In this document: piece after piece, positions 9,650 to 19,449 of the stretch
Position numbering within the stretch: the stretch's first letter is position 1
How the letters are laid out: each line of letters begins with the position of its first letter
Assembly (NCBI GenBank): GCA_964564045.1
Contig: CAZLZP010000001.1
Location: forward strand, 9,039-73,038
Length of the DNA: 64,000 nt
Direction of reading: 5' to 3'
Source: an uncultured Rickettsiales bacterium
GTDB lineage: Bacteria; Pseudomonadota; Alphaproteobacteria; Rickettsiales; UBA8987
Program-made: the position numbers and the translations under genes
Notes under the pieces: generated by a model
Databases searched by the model: none
The model's input: the letters and a program-made list of their open reading frames with translations, nothing else
Told to the model about the DNA's origin: nothing

Positions 9650-12600
9650 ATGGCATCAGAATTAAATTTAGAAACAATAGCTAAGCGCGCCTTCGAAGAT
9701 GAACAGAAGGTGGTTAAGGAGCTTCTGGATAAAAGCTCTGTTTTTCAGGAAAGAAAAGATGCCATTTTTAACCGCGCCAGAAGTTACGTTGAGCAGATCC
9801 GTGATGACAACGATTCCCTTAGTGTTGAAAGCTTTCTGAAGCAGTATTCGCTGAATACCTATGAAGGGGTGGCCATAATGTGCCTGGCCGAAGCCCTGCT
9901 TCGCATACCAGATAGTGAAAGCGCAGATGAGCTGATACGTGACAAGCTTGAAAAAGGTGACTGGAAAAAGCATTTTTCCAAAGATGCCGGGCTGCTTCTG
10001 AATTCTTCAACCTACGGGCTGATGCTAAGCGGCAAGATACTAAGCCTTTCCAAGAATAATGATGAGCTGAAATCTGCACTGTCAAGAATAGCAGGAAGGA
10101 TAGGCGAACCCGTTATTCGTGAATCGCTGAAAAAGAGTATGCAGATACTCGGCCAGAAATTCGTTATCGGTACAGATATCCATAAAGCGCTTGATAAAGC
10201 CAAAAAAGTTTCCAAGAAGGGTTATATATTCTCGTTCGACATGCTTGGTGAAGGTGCCAGAACCGCCAAACAGGCCGAGAAATTCTACAACAGCTACATA
10301 AACGGTATTAATGAAATTTCAGAATTTTATAAAAAGGATACAGCAAAGCTGTTCCAGCGGCAGAATATTTCAGTGAAGCTTTCCGCGCTTCACCCAAGGT
10401 ATGAGCTTGCCCATAAAGATAGAGTAATGGATGAACTTCTGCCTAGGCTTAAGGAAATAGCTGCGGCTGCCATGAAAGGCAATATATGGATGGCGATAGA
10501 TGCCGAGGAAACCTACCGGCTTGAACTTTCGCTGATGGTGTTCGAGGAGTTGCTGAAAGACAAGCAGTTTGAAGGTTACAACGGCTTAGGGTTCGTAGTG
10601 CAGGCTTACGGCAAGCGCGCACTTTACGTAATAAATCATTTAAAAGCCCTGGCGAAGAAATATAACAAAGTAATTCCTGTAAGGCTTGTAAAAGGCGCTT
10701 ACTGGGATAGCGAAATTAAAAGCGCCCAAATGTCGGGAATAGAAAACTACCCGGTATTCACGCGTAAATCTCACACTGATCTTTCTTATTTGGTTTGCGC
10801 GAAAGAAATGCTGGATAACCTTGATTGCTTCTATCCGCAATTTGCAACCCACAATGCGCTTACTGTTGCCAGCATTCTGGAAATTTCTGACAGGGTAAAA
10901 GATAAAACAAAATTCGAGTTCCAGCGTTTGTTCGGCATGGGTGATGCCTTCTACGACCATATGGTGAATGAGGTTCCGGTACGAATATACGCTCCGGTTG
11001 GAACCTACGAAGAACTGCTGCCTTATTTAATACGCCGCATACTGGAAAACGGCTCGAATAATTCTTTCGTAAGTTTGGTGGTAGATGAGGATGAACCAAT
11101 TGGCGAGCTGCTTGTAAGCCCGGTTGATAAAATAATCAAAAAAGCCTACACCAGCAAAAAACTTCCGCTTCCAAGCGAAATATATTTGCCCGAGCGCGAG
11201 AATTCTTTCGGCTATGAACTGGGAAATCTGTACCATAAAAATTTGGTGGAATCTTACCTGACAAAAGACTTTAGCCGGGATATAAAAGCAAGATCTATAA
11301 TTGATGGAAGGGAAATTGACGCGACCGAAGAAAGTTGCGACAAGGCCATTGATGTTGCGTATAATTACTTCCCGAAATGGAACAGCGAACATATTAACGA
11401 TCGCGCGGAATTACTGGAAAATTACGCCGATATATTATGGGATGACAGAGCCGAGATACTTAATATTTTGGTTTATGAAGGAAAGAAGAAACCGAAAGAT
11501 GCAATAGCAGAACTGCGTGAGGCGATAGATTTTCTGCGCTACTACGCAGTAGAGGCAAGAAAGGTGAACACCGGCGAAAGGCTGCCCGGATATACCGGCG
11601 AACGCTCGGTTATGAACCATAAGGGTAAAGGCGTTTTTCTGTGCATATCGCCGTGGAATTTCCCGCTGGCTATTTTCTTAGGCCAGGTTTCAGCGGCGCT
11701 GGTTACGGGTAATTGTGTAATTGCAAAACCTTCCGAACAAACTGTGAAGATAGCTTATAAGGCGATCCAGCTTGCACATCAGGCGGGCATACCAAAACAG
11801 GCGCTACAGCTGATGATAGGCAAAGGTTCAGTATATGGCAGAAGGCTGACTGAAAATAATAAAGTTGCCGGAGTTGCGTTCACCGGCTCTACCGAAACCG
11901 CGTGGGCGATAAATAAAAGTTTGGCTGGCAGAAGATCGCAGATTGCAACTTTAATTGCCGAAACCGGCGGGCAGAATGTTATGCTGGTTGATAGCACCGC
12001 GCTGCTTGAAAAAGCGGTTGATGATGTGGTAGAAAGCGCCTTTGGCAGTACTGGGCAGCGCTGTTCAGCGTGCCGCGTGGTGTATATTCAGGAGGAAGTT
12101 GCTGATGAATTCATTGAGGTTTTAAAAGGCGCAGTAGAAGAATTAAAGGTTGGGCTGCCGCAATTAACTGCAAGTGATGTACCACCAGTAATAGATGAAA
12201 GATCGCAAACTGGTTTGAATGAACATATTAATGAAATGAAGAAGAAGGCTAAATTTATTTCTGCCGCAAAAATTCCGAATGAAAAAGAAACTTACGTTGC
12301 ACCAACCGCATTTGAAATAAGCTCGATAAAAGTTTTAGAGAAGGAAAACTTCGGCCCGATACTTCACGTTATACGGTTCAAGCGTGAAAATATTGATGAT
12401 GTTATAAAAGAGATAAACGACACCGGCTTTGCCCTTACATTCGGTATACAAAGCCGCATCTACGACTTTATCAATTATGTGTGCACCAATGTTAACGCAG
12501 GGAATATCTACATCAACAGAAGTATAATTGGTGCGGTGGTTGGCACGCATCCGTTCGGCGGAAATAATCTTTCTGGCACCGGACCAAAAGCAGGTGGACC

Positions 12601-12685
12601 AAATTACTTGCAAAGATTTTTAAATGAAGTAGTAGTAACAGATAACGTTGCCGCAATAGGTGGTAATTTAGAATTGATTACATAG
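9650..12685 (+). CDS. putA: Bifunctional proline dehydrogenase / 1-pyrroline-5-carboxylate dehydrogenase
   Basis: 1011 aa. A PRODH barrel region is followed by an aldehyde dehydrogenase domain with 'ETGGQN' and catalytic 'GQRCSA'. No N-terminal RHH DNA-binding extension is visible. Confidence 0.92.
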   Translation: MASELNLETIAKRAFEDEQKVVKELLDKSSVFQERKDAIFNRARSYVEQIRDDNDSLSVESFLKQYSLNTYEGVAIMCLAEALLRIPDSESADELIRDKLEKGDWKKHFSKDAGLLLNSSTYGLMLSGKILSLSKNNDELKSALSRIAGRIGEPVIRESLKKSMQILGQKFVIGTDIHKALDKAKKVSKKGYIFSFDMLGEGARTAKQAEKFYNSYINGINEISEFYKKDTAKLFQRQNISVKLSALHPRYELAHKDRVMDELLPRLKEIAAAAMKGNIWMAIDAEETYRLELSLMVFEELLKDKQFEGYNGLGFVVQAYGKRALYVINHLKALAKKYNKVIPVRLVKGAYWDSEIKSAQMSGIENYPVFTRKSHTDLSYLVCAKEMLDNLDCFYPQFATHNALTVASILEISDRVKDKTKFEFQRLFGMGDAFYDHMVNEVPVRIYAPVGTYEELLPYLIRRILENGSNNSFVSLVVDEDEPIGELLVSPVDKIIKKAYTSKKLPLPSEIYLPERENSFGYELGNLYHKNLVESYLTKDFSRDIKARSIIDGREIDATEESCDKAIDVAYNYFPKWNSEHINDRAELLENYADILWDDRAEILNILVYEGKKKPKDAIAELREAIDFLRYYAVEARKVNTGERLPGYTGERSVMNHKGKGVFLCISPWNFPLAIFLGQVSAALVTGNCVIAKPSEQTVKIAYKAIQLAHQAGIPKQALQLMIGKGSVYGRRLTENNKVAGVAFTGSTETAWAINKSLAGRRSQIATLIAETGGQNVMLVDSTALLEKAVDDVVESAFGSTGQRCSACRVVYIQEEVADEFIEVLKGAVEELKVGLPQLTASDVPPVIDERSQTGLNEHINEMKKKAKFISAAKIPNEKETYVAPTAFEISSIKVLEKENFGPILHVIRFKRENIDDVIKEINDTGFALTFGIQSRIYDFINYVCTNVNAGNIYINRSIIGAVVGTHPFGGNNLSGTGPKAGGPNYLQRFLNEVVVTDNVAAIGGNLELIT

Positions 12686-12696
12686 CTACATATAGT

Positions 12697-13380
12697 ATGT
12701 CGAGAGTTTTATATCATTATCCACTTTCACCTTTTTCAAGGAAGGTACGCCTTCTACTCGCTGAAAAAAATCTTGAATTTCAACTTATCACCGAGAATTT
12801 CTGGGAGCGCAGAAGAAGTTTTCTGGCGATGAACCCCGCCGCACAAGTGCCGGTTCTTATAGAACACAACGCAAATGAAGCACCTGTATTGGTAGCAGAT
12901 AGCAACGCGATTGTTGAATATTTGGAAGAAAAATATGTGGATACAAAACTGCTGGGCGATACTCTGGAAGAGCGTGCTGAAGTACGCAGACTTTCCGGCT
13001 GGTTCAACAATAAATTCTACTACGAAGTTACAAAATATATTCTTGATGAAAAGGTTTTCAAGGCGCTGAAAAATCAGGGTGAGCCAAATTCCGCCTGCAT
13101 ACGTGCCGCAAAAACAAACATACTTGATCACCTAGATTATATAAACTTTCTGCTGAAGGATAGAACCTGGTTAGCTGGTGAAAAATTTACCTTAGCCGAT
13201 ATAAGTGCAGCGGCGCAAATTTCCGTGCTGGATTTTCTAGGTGATGTTCCGTGGGACAGGAACGAGAAAGTTAAACAGTGGTATAGCTTAATTAAAAGCC
13301 GCCCATCTTTCCGCCAGTTCTTCAACGATTTTGTTGCCGGCTTCGAACCCGCAAAGCATTATAAGGTGATAGATTTTTAG
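12697..13380 (+). CDS. Glutathione S-transferase family protein
   Basis: 227 aa. Thioredoxin-like N-domain ('YHYPLSPFSRKVRLLLAEK', 'VPVL') plus a helical C-domain. Confidence 0.8.
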   Translation: MSRVLYHYPLSPFSRKVRLLLAEKNLEFQLITENFWERRRSFLAMNPAAQVPVLIEHNANEAPVLVADSNAIVEYLEEKYVDTKLLGDTLEERAEVRRLSGWFNNKFYYEVTKYILDEKVFKALKNQGEPNSACIRAAKTNILDHLDYINFLLKDRTWLAGEKFTLADISAAAQISVLDFLGDVPWDRNEKVKQWYSLIKSRPSFRQFFNDFVAGFEPAKHYKVIDF

Positions 13381-14612
13381 AACTTCTCTAAGCTTATCAT
13401 CTGCTTGAAGCTTTGGCGCTTTCTAATAATTTTCAATTCCTTACCATCAACCAATACTTCTGGTATTAGGCCGCGAGTATTATAGTTTGAACCCATGGAA
13501 GCGCCATATGCGCCGGTGTTCATTACCGCAAGAAGTGAGTTTGCTTTTAGTTTAGGAAGTAGCCTATCTTTTCCGAAGAAATCGGATGATTCACACACTG
13601 GCCCTACAACATCATACATCTGCTGCTTGCCGGAATCTGCAACCGCAACTATTTCGTGATAAGCATCATAAACGGCAACGCGCGCAAAATCGTTCATGCC
13701 GGCATCAACTATCGCAAAGCTGCGCTCACCCGCATGTTTAACGAACTGAACCTTGGTAACAAGTATACCCGCTTCCGCCGATATGCTTCTGCCCGGCTCC
13801 AGGAATATTTTTACATTCATTGGTTCGAATAATTCAATTATCGCGTTGGCATATTCCTTCAGCGAGATAGGAGTTTCGTTTTCATATTTAATGCCGATGC
13901 CACCGCCAAGATCTACGCGCTTTATATTAAAGCCCTTCGCCTTCAAATTCTTTACCATGCCAGCAACCTTGTAGAACGCCGCTTTGAACGGCTCAATAGA
14001 TGTTATCTGGCTACCAATGTGCGTTGCCACGCCTTCAATTTCTACGCTATCAAGCTTGCGGCTTTTCTCAAAAACCTCTTCAACCTCATCCCACGGAATG
14101 CCGAATTTATCATGCTTACGGCCGGTAGAAATTTTATCGTGAGTATCAGCATCTACATCGGGGTTGATACGAATGGAAACCTTTGCCTTAATGCCTTTTG
14201 CTTTCGCTATTTTATTTATTATCGCCAGCTCTTCCGATGATTCCACGTTCAGCTGACCAATGTTGTTATCTAGCGCGAATTGAATTTCTTTTTTACTTTT
14301 ACCAACGCCTGAAAATATTATTTTTTCTGGCGCGATACCTGCAAGTAATGCACGCTGTATCTCGCCCGCTGAAACTGTATCAGCGCCTGCGCCCTGCTCT
14401 TTCAGCAGCTTTAATATTGCGATGTTAGAATTAGATTTTACCGCAAAACAAATATTGATAGGAAAATTACCAAACGCATTTTTCAGCGAATTGAAATTAC
14501 TGCGGAACTTATCTGCCGAATAAATATAGGCAGGGGTTTTTACCTGTTTGGTAATATCTTCAACAGGTAGCTGTTCGCAATGTAACTGGTTATTTTTAAA
14601 TTCAAATGTCAT
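13377..14612 (-). CDS. lysA: Diaminopimelate decarboxylase
   Basis: 411 aa. PLP-binding 'FAVKSN', a 'GGGIG' loop and 'CESSD' near the C-terminus. Confidence 0.93.
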   Translation of the reverse strand: MTFEFKNNQLHCEQLPVEDITKQVKTPAYIYSADKFRSNFNSLKNAFGNFPINICFAVKSNSNIAILKLLKEQGAGADTVSAGEIQRALLAGIAPEKIIFSGVGKSKKEIQFALDNNIGQLNVESSEELAIINKIAKAKGIKAKVSIRINPDVDADTHDKISTGRKHDKFGIPWDEVEEVFEKSRKLDSVEIEGVATHIGSQITSIEPFKAAFYKVAGMVKNLKAKGFNIKRVDLGGGIGIKYENETPISLKEYANAIIELFEPMNVKIFLEPGRSISAEAGILVTKVQFVKHAGERSFAIVDAGMNDFARVAVYDAYHEIVAVADSGKQQMYDVVGPVCESSDFFGKDRLLPKLKANSLLAVMNTGAYGASMGSNYNTRGLIPEVLVDGKELKIIRKRQSFKQMISLEKF

Positions 14613-14776
14613 TAGCGTGTTTTTAACACATCGATTGAATCATGTTTAGCCAAGTCTTCAGAAAGCTGTGCTTGCTCTTGCTCATCTGGTAGGGTAAGGG
14701 CGCGTTTCATGCCGCATGAAGAAACCACAAATGTAAGTAATGTTATTGTAAGAATGGTGAATAATTTAGTGTTCAT
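14612..14776 (-). CDS. Small lipoprotein (LptM/YifL-like), not in the ORF track
   Basis: My hand translation gives 54 aa: MNTKLFTILTITLLTFVVSSCGMKRALTLPDEQEQAQLSEDLAKHDSIDVLKTR*. It has a signal peptide plus a lipobox-like 'VVSSC'. Its stop overlaps the lysA ATG (TAATG) and its start lies 12 nt inside the thiL 3' end. Confidence 0.6.
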   Translation of the reverse strand: MNTKLFTILTITLLTFVVSSCGMKRALTLPDEQEQAQLSEDLAKHDSIDVLKTR

Positions 14777-15722
14777 AGCCTAACCTCTTAATTTTGACTT
14801 TTTTGTTCTTATCTAGAATGATTATTTTTTCTTTTTTGTTATTAGCAACAATTTTCCCTATCTTATAGCAATTAAGCTTCTTTATTTTTTCCTCGTGAAC
14901 TGGTTTTGCCGTAAATATCAACTGGTAGTCATCGCCCGCTGTTATCTGCTTCCCGAAATATTTTTTGTCTTTAAGCGCCAGGGGAATTTTGCCAGCTTCA
15001 ATAATTGCAGAAACCTCTGAAGCATCAAGAATATTGCTCAGGTCTTTCAAAAGCCCATCAGATACATCGGTGCAGGAGTTTGCATATTTTAAAAGCTTAC
15101 GCCCCAAAGATATTCGAGGTTCAGGGCTATAGTGCTTATTGATATATTTCAGCTGCTTCTTCTTCGGCATTTTCATGCGGCCCTTAAGAATTTGCAGGCC
15201 AACCCATGCCTCACCTATTTTGCCCGATACGTATATATCATCTCCCACCTTGGCGCCTGAACGAAGCAGAGCCTGACGCTTAGGCACTTCACCTATCATG
15301 GTAACCGAGAAGAATTTTTCACCCTCTGAACGAACGGTATCACCGCCCAACAACGAGAATTCGTATTTTTTCTGTATCTTACCTATCTCGCCGGTGAATC
15401 TTCTTATCCAGTTTTTATCCATCTCTTTGGAAAGATTGCCTGTCATTAAATAGAAGCGTGGCACCGCACCGCAACTAGCGATATCGGAAAGGTTAGAGCG
15501 CAACAGCTTGTTGGCTATCTGCTCTGGCGTTGCCTTCCAGATAAAATGTATATCTTCAACTATAGTATCAAGCGTTACCACGTAATCGTATTTTTTATCC
15601 TTCGGTATTATGGCAACATCATCTCCCAGTTGCAAAGCGCCGCTAAAGCCTTCTGCAAGTGGCTTCATATACTTCGATATGAACTCGAACTCGCCAATTA
15701 CTATTTTTTTGTTTTTTGGCAT
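14766..15722 (-). CDS. thiL: Thiamine-monophosphate kinase
   Basis: 318 aa. AIR-synthase-like fold motifs 'GDDVAII', 'DTIVEDIHF' and 'LLGGDT'. Confidence 0.88.
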   Translation of the reverse strand: MPKNKKIVIGEFEFISKYMKPLAEGFSGALQLGDDVAIIPKDKKYDYVVTLDTIVEDIHFIWKATPEQIANKLLRSNLSDIASCGAVPRFYLMTGNLSKEMDKNWIRRFTGEIGKIQKKYEFSLLGGDTVRSEGEKFFSVTMIGEVPKRQALLRSGAKVGDDIYVSGKIGEAWVGLQILKGRMKMPKKKQLKYINKHYSPEPRISLGRKLLKYANSCTDVSDGLLKDLSNILDASEVSAIIEAGKIPLALKDKKYFGKQITAGDDYQLIFTAKPVHEEKIKKLNCYKIGKIVANNKKEKIIILDKNKKVKIKRLGYEH

Positions 15723-15786
15723 TTACTTACTATTGTGTATGTTCTAATTTATATACGAATTAAAAATATTTTATACAGAATTTATA

Positions 15787-17565
15787 ATGGCTGAATATCA
15801 GGTACTGGCAAGAAAATATCGTCCGAGGAAACTTTCGGAACTGGTGGGGCAAGATGTTCTTGTACGCACCCTTTCAAGCGCTATCAAACAGAACAGAATT
15901 CCACACGCATTCGTGCTTACCGGCATTCGCGGTGTTGGTAAAACCTCTACCGCGCGTATTATAGCCCGCAGTTTGCTTTGCACCGGGAAGGATGGCACCA
16001 ACAAAGAACCAACCATTGAACCATGCGGAATTTGCCCGAACTGCCAAGGCATTCAGAACGATAACCATGTTGATGTTATTGAAGTTGATGCTGCCAGCCG
16101 CACAGGCGTGAACGATATTCGCGAGATAATCGATCAGGTTAACTACTCTCCGGTGATGGGACGTTTGAAAATATATATCATCGATGAAGTTCACATGCTT
16201 TCGAAAAGCGCTTTCAATGCGCTGCTTAAAACTTTGGAAGAACCGCCTCCGCACGTGAAATTTGTTTTCGCAACCACTGAGGTTCGCAAAATTCCGGTTA
16301 CCATTCTTTCGCGCTGTATGAGGTTTGATCTACCGCGGGTTAGCCTTGAAAAACTTACTGAGCATTTCAAGTTTGTTGCCAAAAGCGAAGGTGTTGAAGT
16401 TGATGAAGAATCGATAAAAATTATTGCGGGTAGTGCCGAAGGTTCTGTGCGTGACGGGCTTTCTCTGCTTGATCAGGCCATGGCGGTTTCTGCCGGCAAA
16501 CCCGTTACCGCTGAGAAAGTACGTGAAATGCTTGGCCTTGCCGATAAAGACCAAACCTATAATTTAATTTCGCTGATAATAAATTCTAAGTTTGAAGAAG
16601 CGATAAAAAGCCTGAACGAAATATATAATAAAGGCACCGACCCGGTTCTGGTGATAAAAGATCTTCTGGAAATCACTCACATGCTAACCCTTGCGAAAGC
16701 TAGTGATTCTATACTGAAACAAAGTTTTATCTCTGAACTGGAAAAGAATAAATCGAAAGAGATACTTGCAAAAACTTCTATGGCCGAACTTACAAGGTTA
16801 TGGCAGATATTAAGCAAAGGTATTGAAGAAAGCCGCTACTGCCCAAGCCCACTTATGGCCGCCGAGATGATAATTATTCGTGGCTGCTACGCTTCTTCGC
16901 TTCCTACCCCTGCTGAAATAATTGAAAGGCTGGAAGGCGGAGCAGAACCAAAACCAAAGGCCGTGAAAGAAGAACCGGTTGAACCGCAGCCTACAATGTT
17001 CGCGGAAAAAAAAACTCTAAATCCAGCCCCTCCTCCTCAGGAAGTCAGAGTAGCAGCTCCGCAAGCGGAGAGGTCAGCTTCATATAGCAGCGGCGGCGGT
17101 GGAAGTACGGCCAGTGCCAGCAGAGTTGCGCCGGCATTTACAACCATTACCAACGAAAACCCTATCGCACACCAGGCGAATCTGGCCCTTTCCGTTCCAC
17201 GAGATTTCAAAGAACTGGTGGAACTGTTCCTGAAGAAGAACGAAAAGCTAACAGCAACCTGGCTGGAAGCAGTTAAACTTATAAGCTATGATGCCGAGGC
17301 CGGCGTTATAAAAATTATGGCAGAAAGTACGCCGAACTATGTTAATGTTAAAGATATCAGCAAAAAACTGGCGGACTGGACAGGCAAACGCTTCATTTTC
17401 AGCCTTGAAAACGGCGCTAATATAAAGGCAAGTTCCATTAACGATGAAAAACAGGAAGAGCTTGAGAAAAGAAAACAGGAAGCTATAAATAGCCCTGCGG
17501 TACAAACTTTACTGAAAGAGTTTGAGGGAAGTAAGGTTACGGAAGTGAAAGAGATATTTGAATAG
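15787..17565 (+). CDS. dnaX: DNA polymerase III subunit tau/gamma
   Basis: 592 aa. Walker A 'GIRGVGKTS', Zn module 'CGICPNCQ', Walker B 'YIIDEVHMLS' and sensor 'SRC'. A P/A-rich linker precedes the tau C-terminal domain. Confidence 0.93.
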   Translation: MAEYQVLARKYRPRKLSELVGQDVLVRTLSSAIKQNRIPHAFVLTGIRGVGKTSTARIIARSLLCTGKDGTNKEPTIEPCGICPNCQGIQNDNHVDVIEVDAASRTGVNDIREIIDQVNYSPVMGRLKIYIIDEVHMLSKSAFNALLKTLEEPPPHVKFVFATTEVRKIPVTILSRCMRFDLPRVSLEKLTEHFKFVAKSEGVEVDEESIKIIAGSAEGSVRDGLSLLDQAMAVSAGKPVTAEKVREMLGLADKDQTYNLISLIINSKFEEAIKSLNEIYNKGTDPVLVIKDLLEITHMLTLAKASDSILKQSFISELEKNKSKEILAKTSMAELTRLWQILSKGIEESRYCPSPLMAAEMIIIRGCYASSLPTPAEIIERLEGGAEPKPKAVKEEPVEPQPTMFAEKKTLNPAPPPQEVRVAAPQAERSASYSSGGGGSTASASRVAPAFTTITNENPIAHQANLALSVPRDFKELVELFLKKNEKLTATWLEAVKLISYDAEAGVIKIMAESTPNYVNVKDISKKLADWTGKRFIFSLENGANIKASSINDEKQEELEKRKQEAINSPAVQTLLKEFEGSKVTEVKEIFE

Positions 17566-17573
17566 AGGTAGTT

Positions 17574-17894
17574 ATGAACATAAACCAAATAATGAAACAA
17601 GCGCAGAACATGCAGAAAAAACTTGCCGAGGCGCAAGCGAATGTTGAAAAAATAGAGGTTGAAGGCAGTAGTGGTGGCGGCATGGTAAGCCTTAAGTTAA
17701 ATGGCAAAGGTAAGGCAAGCGCCCTTAAAATTGACCCTAAACTGATAGACCCTTCCGACCCGGAAATGCTTGCAGATCTGATAGTTGCAGCATTCAATAA
17801 CGCCGTGGATAAGAAGGAAGAAGAATCTGCCAAACTAATGGGCAGCGCCACAGGCGGCATGAATTTACCAGCAGGTTTGAAACTTCCTTTCTAA
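17574..17894 (+). CDS. ybaB: YbaB/EbfC nucleoid-associated protein
   Basis: 106 aa. 'MKQAQNMQKKLAEAQ' start, typical size, and the position directly after dnaX. Confidence 0.9.
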   Translation: MNINQIMKQAQNMQKKLAEAQANVEKIEVEGSSGGGMVSLKLNGKGKASALKIDPKLIDPSDPEMLADLIVAAFNNAVDKKEEESAKLMGSATGGMNLPAGLKLPF

Positions 17895-17952
17895 TTCACT
17901 TGAGATTCCTGAAAAAATCACTACATAGAGTGTAGAAAACAAGGGGCCTTGC

Positions 17953-19449
17953 TTGAAACAGAAATTTAAAACTCCTTTCGTTAATCCTTTCCAAACACCA
18001 CACGAAGAATGTGGTATCTTCGGCGTGTGCGGCAATGCAGATGCAGCAGCATATACAGCACTAGGTTTACACGCACTACAACATCGCGGACAGGAAGCAG
18101 CAGGCGTAGTTTCTTGCGAAACCAATGAAAACAGAAGCCTTTCAAACATGCATCACCACCACGCTTTTGGTAAGGTTGGTGAAAATTTCAGCAGCGAAAA
18201 AGTTATCAAAAAATTAAAAGGCGCCTCGGCCATAGGCCATAACAGATATTCTACAACCGGCGGATCAGTTAACGCAGCGAACATTCAGCCCTTGGTGGCG
18301 GAACTTTCTTTCGGCGCAATTGCACTGGCACATAATGGCAATTTAACCAACGCCGCGATAATTCGTAAGCAGCTGGTGAATGAAGGTTCTATATTCCGCA
18401 CCACCATGGATACTGAAGTGGTTATTCACCTGATGGCTAAAAGCGGCAAGAACAATATTGTTGAAGCGCTTATCGAGGCGCTAAAAAAAGTTGAAGGTGG
18501 ATACAGCCTTGTTGTGCTGAACAAAGATTATTTAATTGGCGCACGCGACCCTAACGGCATTCGCCCGCTAATGCTTGGCAAGGTTGGCGGCAGCTATATT
18601 CTGGCATCGGAAACATGCGCGTTCGATATAAACGGCGGTACTTACATTCGTGATATTAAACCGGGTGAAGTGGTGGTTATCGATAAACGCTGTATCAATG
18701 CGAATGACGGCGAATGCTTCACTTCGGTGTTCCCATTCCCTAAGGCCGAACCTAAATTCTGTATATTCGAGTTTGTTTATTTCAGCCGCCCCGACAGCCA
18801 GATAGAAGGAAAAGATGTTTATATGGTGCGCAAAAAAATGGGCGCAGAACTTGCAAAAGAAAACCCAATAAAGGCTGATATTGTTGTACCGGTGCCCGAT
18901 AGCGGCGTGGCGGCGGCGATAGGTTACGCCGAGGAAAGCGGCGCAAAGTTCGAGATGGGAATAATACGTAACCACTATGTTGGAAGAACATTCATTGAAC
19001 CAACAGATACAATTCGTAACCTTGGCGTGAAGCTGAAACACAACGCCAACCGCGCGGTTATTGAAGGAAAAATTGTGGTACTGGTTGATGATTCTATCGT
19101 GCGCGGCACAACTTCCAAAAAAATAGTTCAAATGGTGCGTGATGCCGGAGCGAAGGAAGTTCACATGCGTATTGCCAGCCCGCCTACGAAAGATTCATGC
19201 TTTTACGGCATTGATACCCCGGCCAAGAAAGACCTTCTGGCAAGCCATATGAGCACGCAGGAAATAGCGAAATTCATCGGTGCTGATAGCTTGGCATATT
19301 TAAGCAATGATGCGCTGTACCGCGCAGTTGGCGAAGCAAAACGTGATAACAAAAAACCGCAATATTGCGATGCCTGCTTCACCGGCGAATATCCGGTTGA
19401 ACTAAAAGATAAAAACGCCGGGCTGGTTAATGGAAGTAGTTGTAGTTAA
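17953..19449 (+). CDS. purF: Amidophosphoribosyltransferase
   Basis: 498 aa. TTG start preceded by AAGGGG. The Ntn nucleophile 'CGIFG' begins at residue 20, implying a 19-aa propeptide. PRTase loop 'VLVDDSIVRGTT' and C-terminal Fe-S cysteines 'CDACFTG'. Confidence 0.92.
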   Translation: MKQKFKTPFVNPFQTPHEECGIFGVCGNADAAAYTALGLHALQHRGQEAAGVVSCETNENRSLSNMHHHHAFGKVGENFSSEKVIKKLKGASAIGHNRYSTTGGSVNAANIQPLVAELSFGAIALAHNGNLTNAAIIRKQLVNEGSIFRTTMDTEVVIHLMAKSGKNNIVEALIEALKKVEGGYSLVVLNKDYLIGARDPNGIRPLMLGKVGGSYILASETCAFDINGGTYIRDIKPGEVVVIDKRCINANDGECFTSVFPFPKAEPKFCIFEFVYFSRPDSQIEGKDVYMVRKKMGAELAKENPIKADIVVPVPDSGVAAAIGYAEESGAKFEMGIIRNHYVGRTFIEPTDTIRNLGVKLKHNANRAVIEGKIVVLVDDSIVRGTTSKKIVQMVRDAGAKEVHMRIASPPTKDSCFYGIDTPAKKDLLASHMSTQEIAKFIGADSLAYLSNDALYRAVGEAKRDNKKPQYCDACFTGEYPVELKDKNAGLVNGSSCS

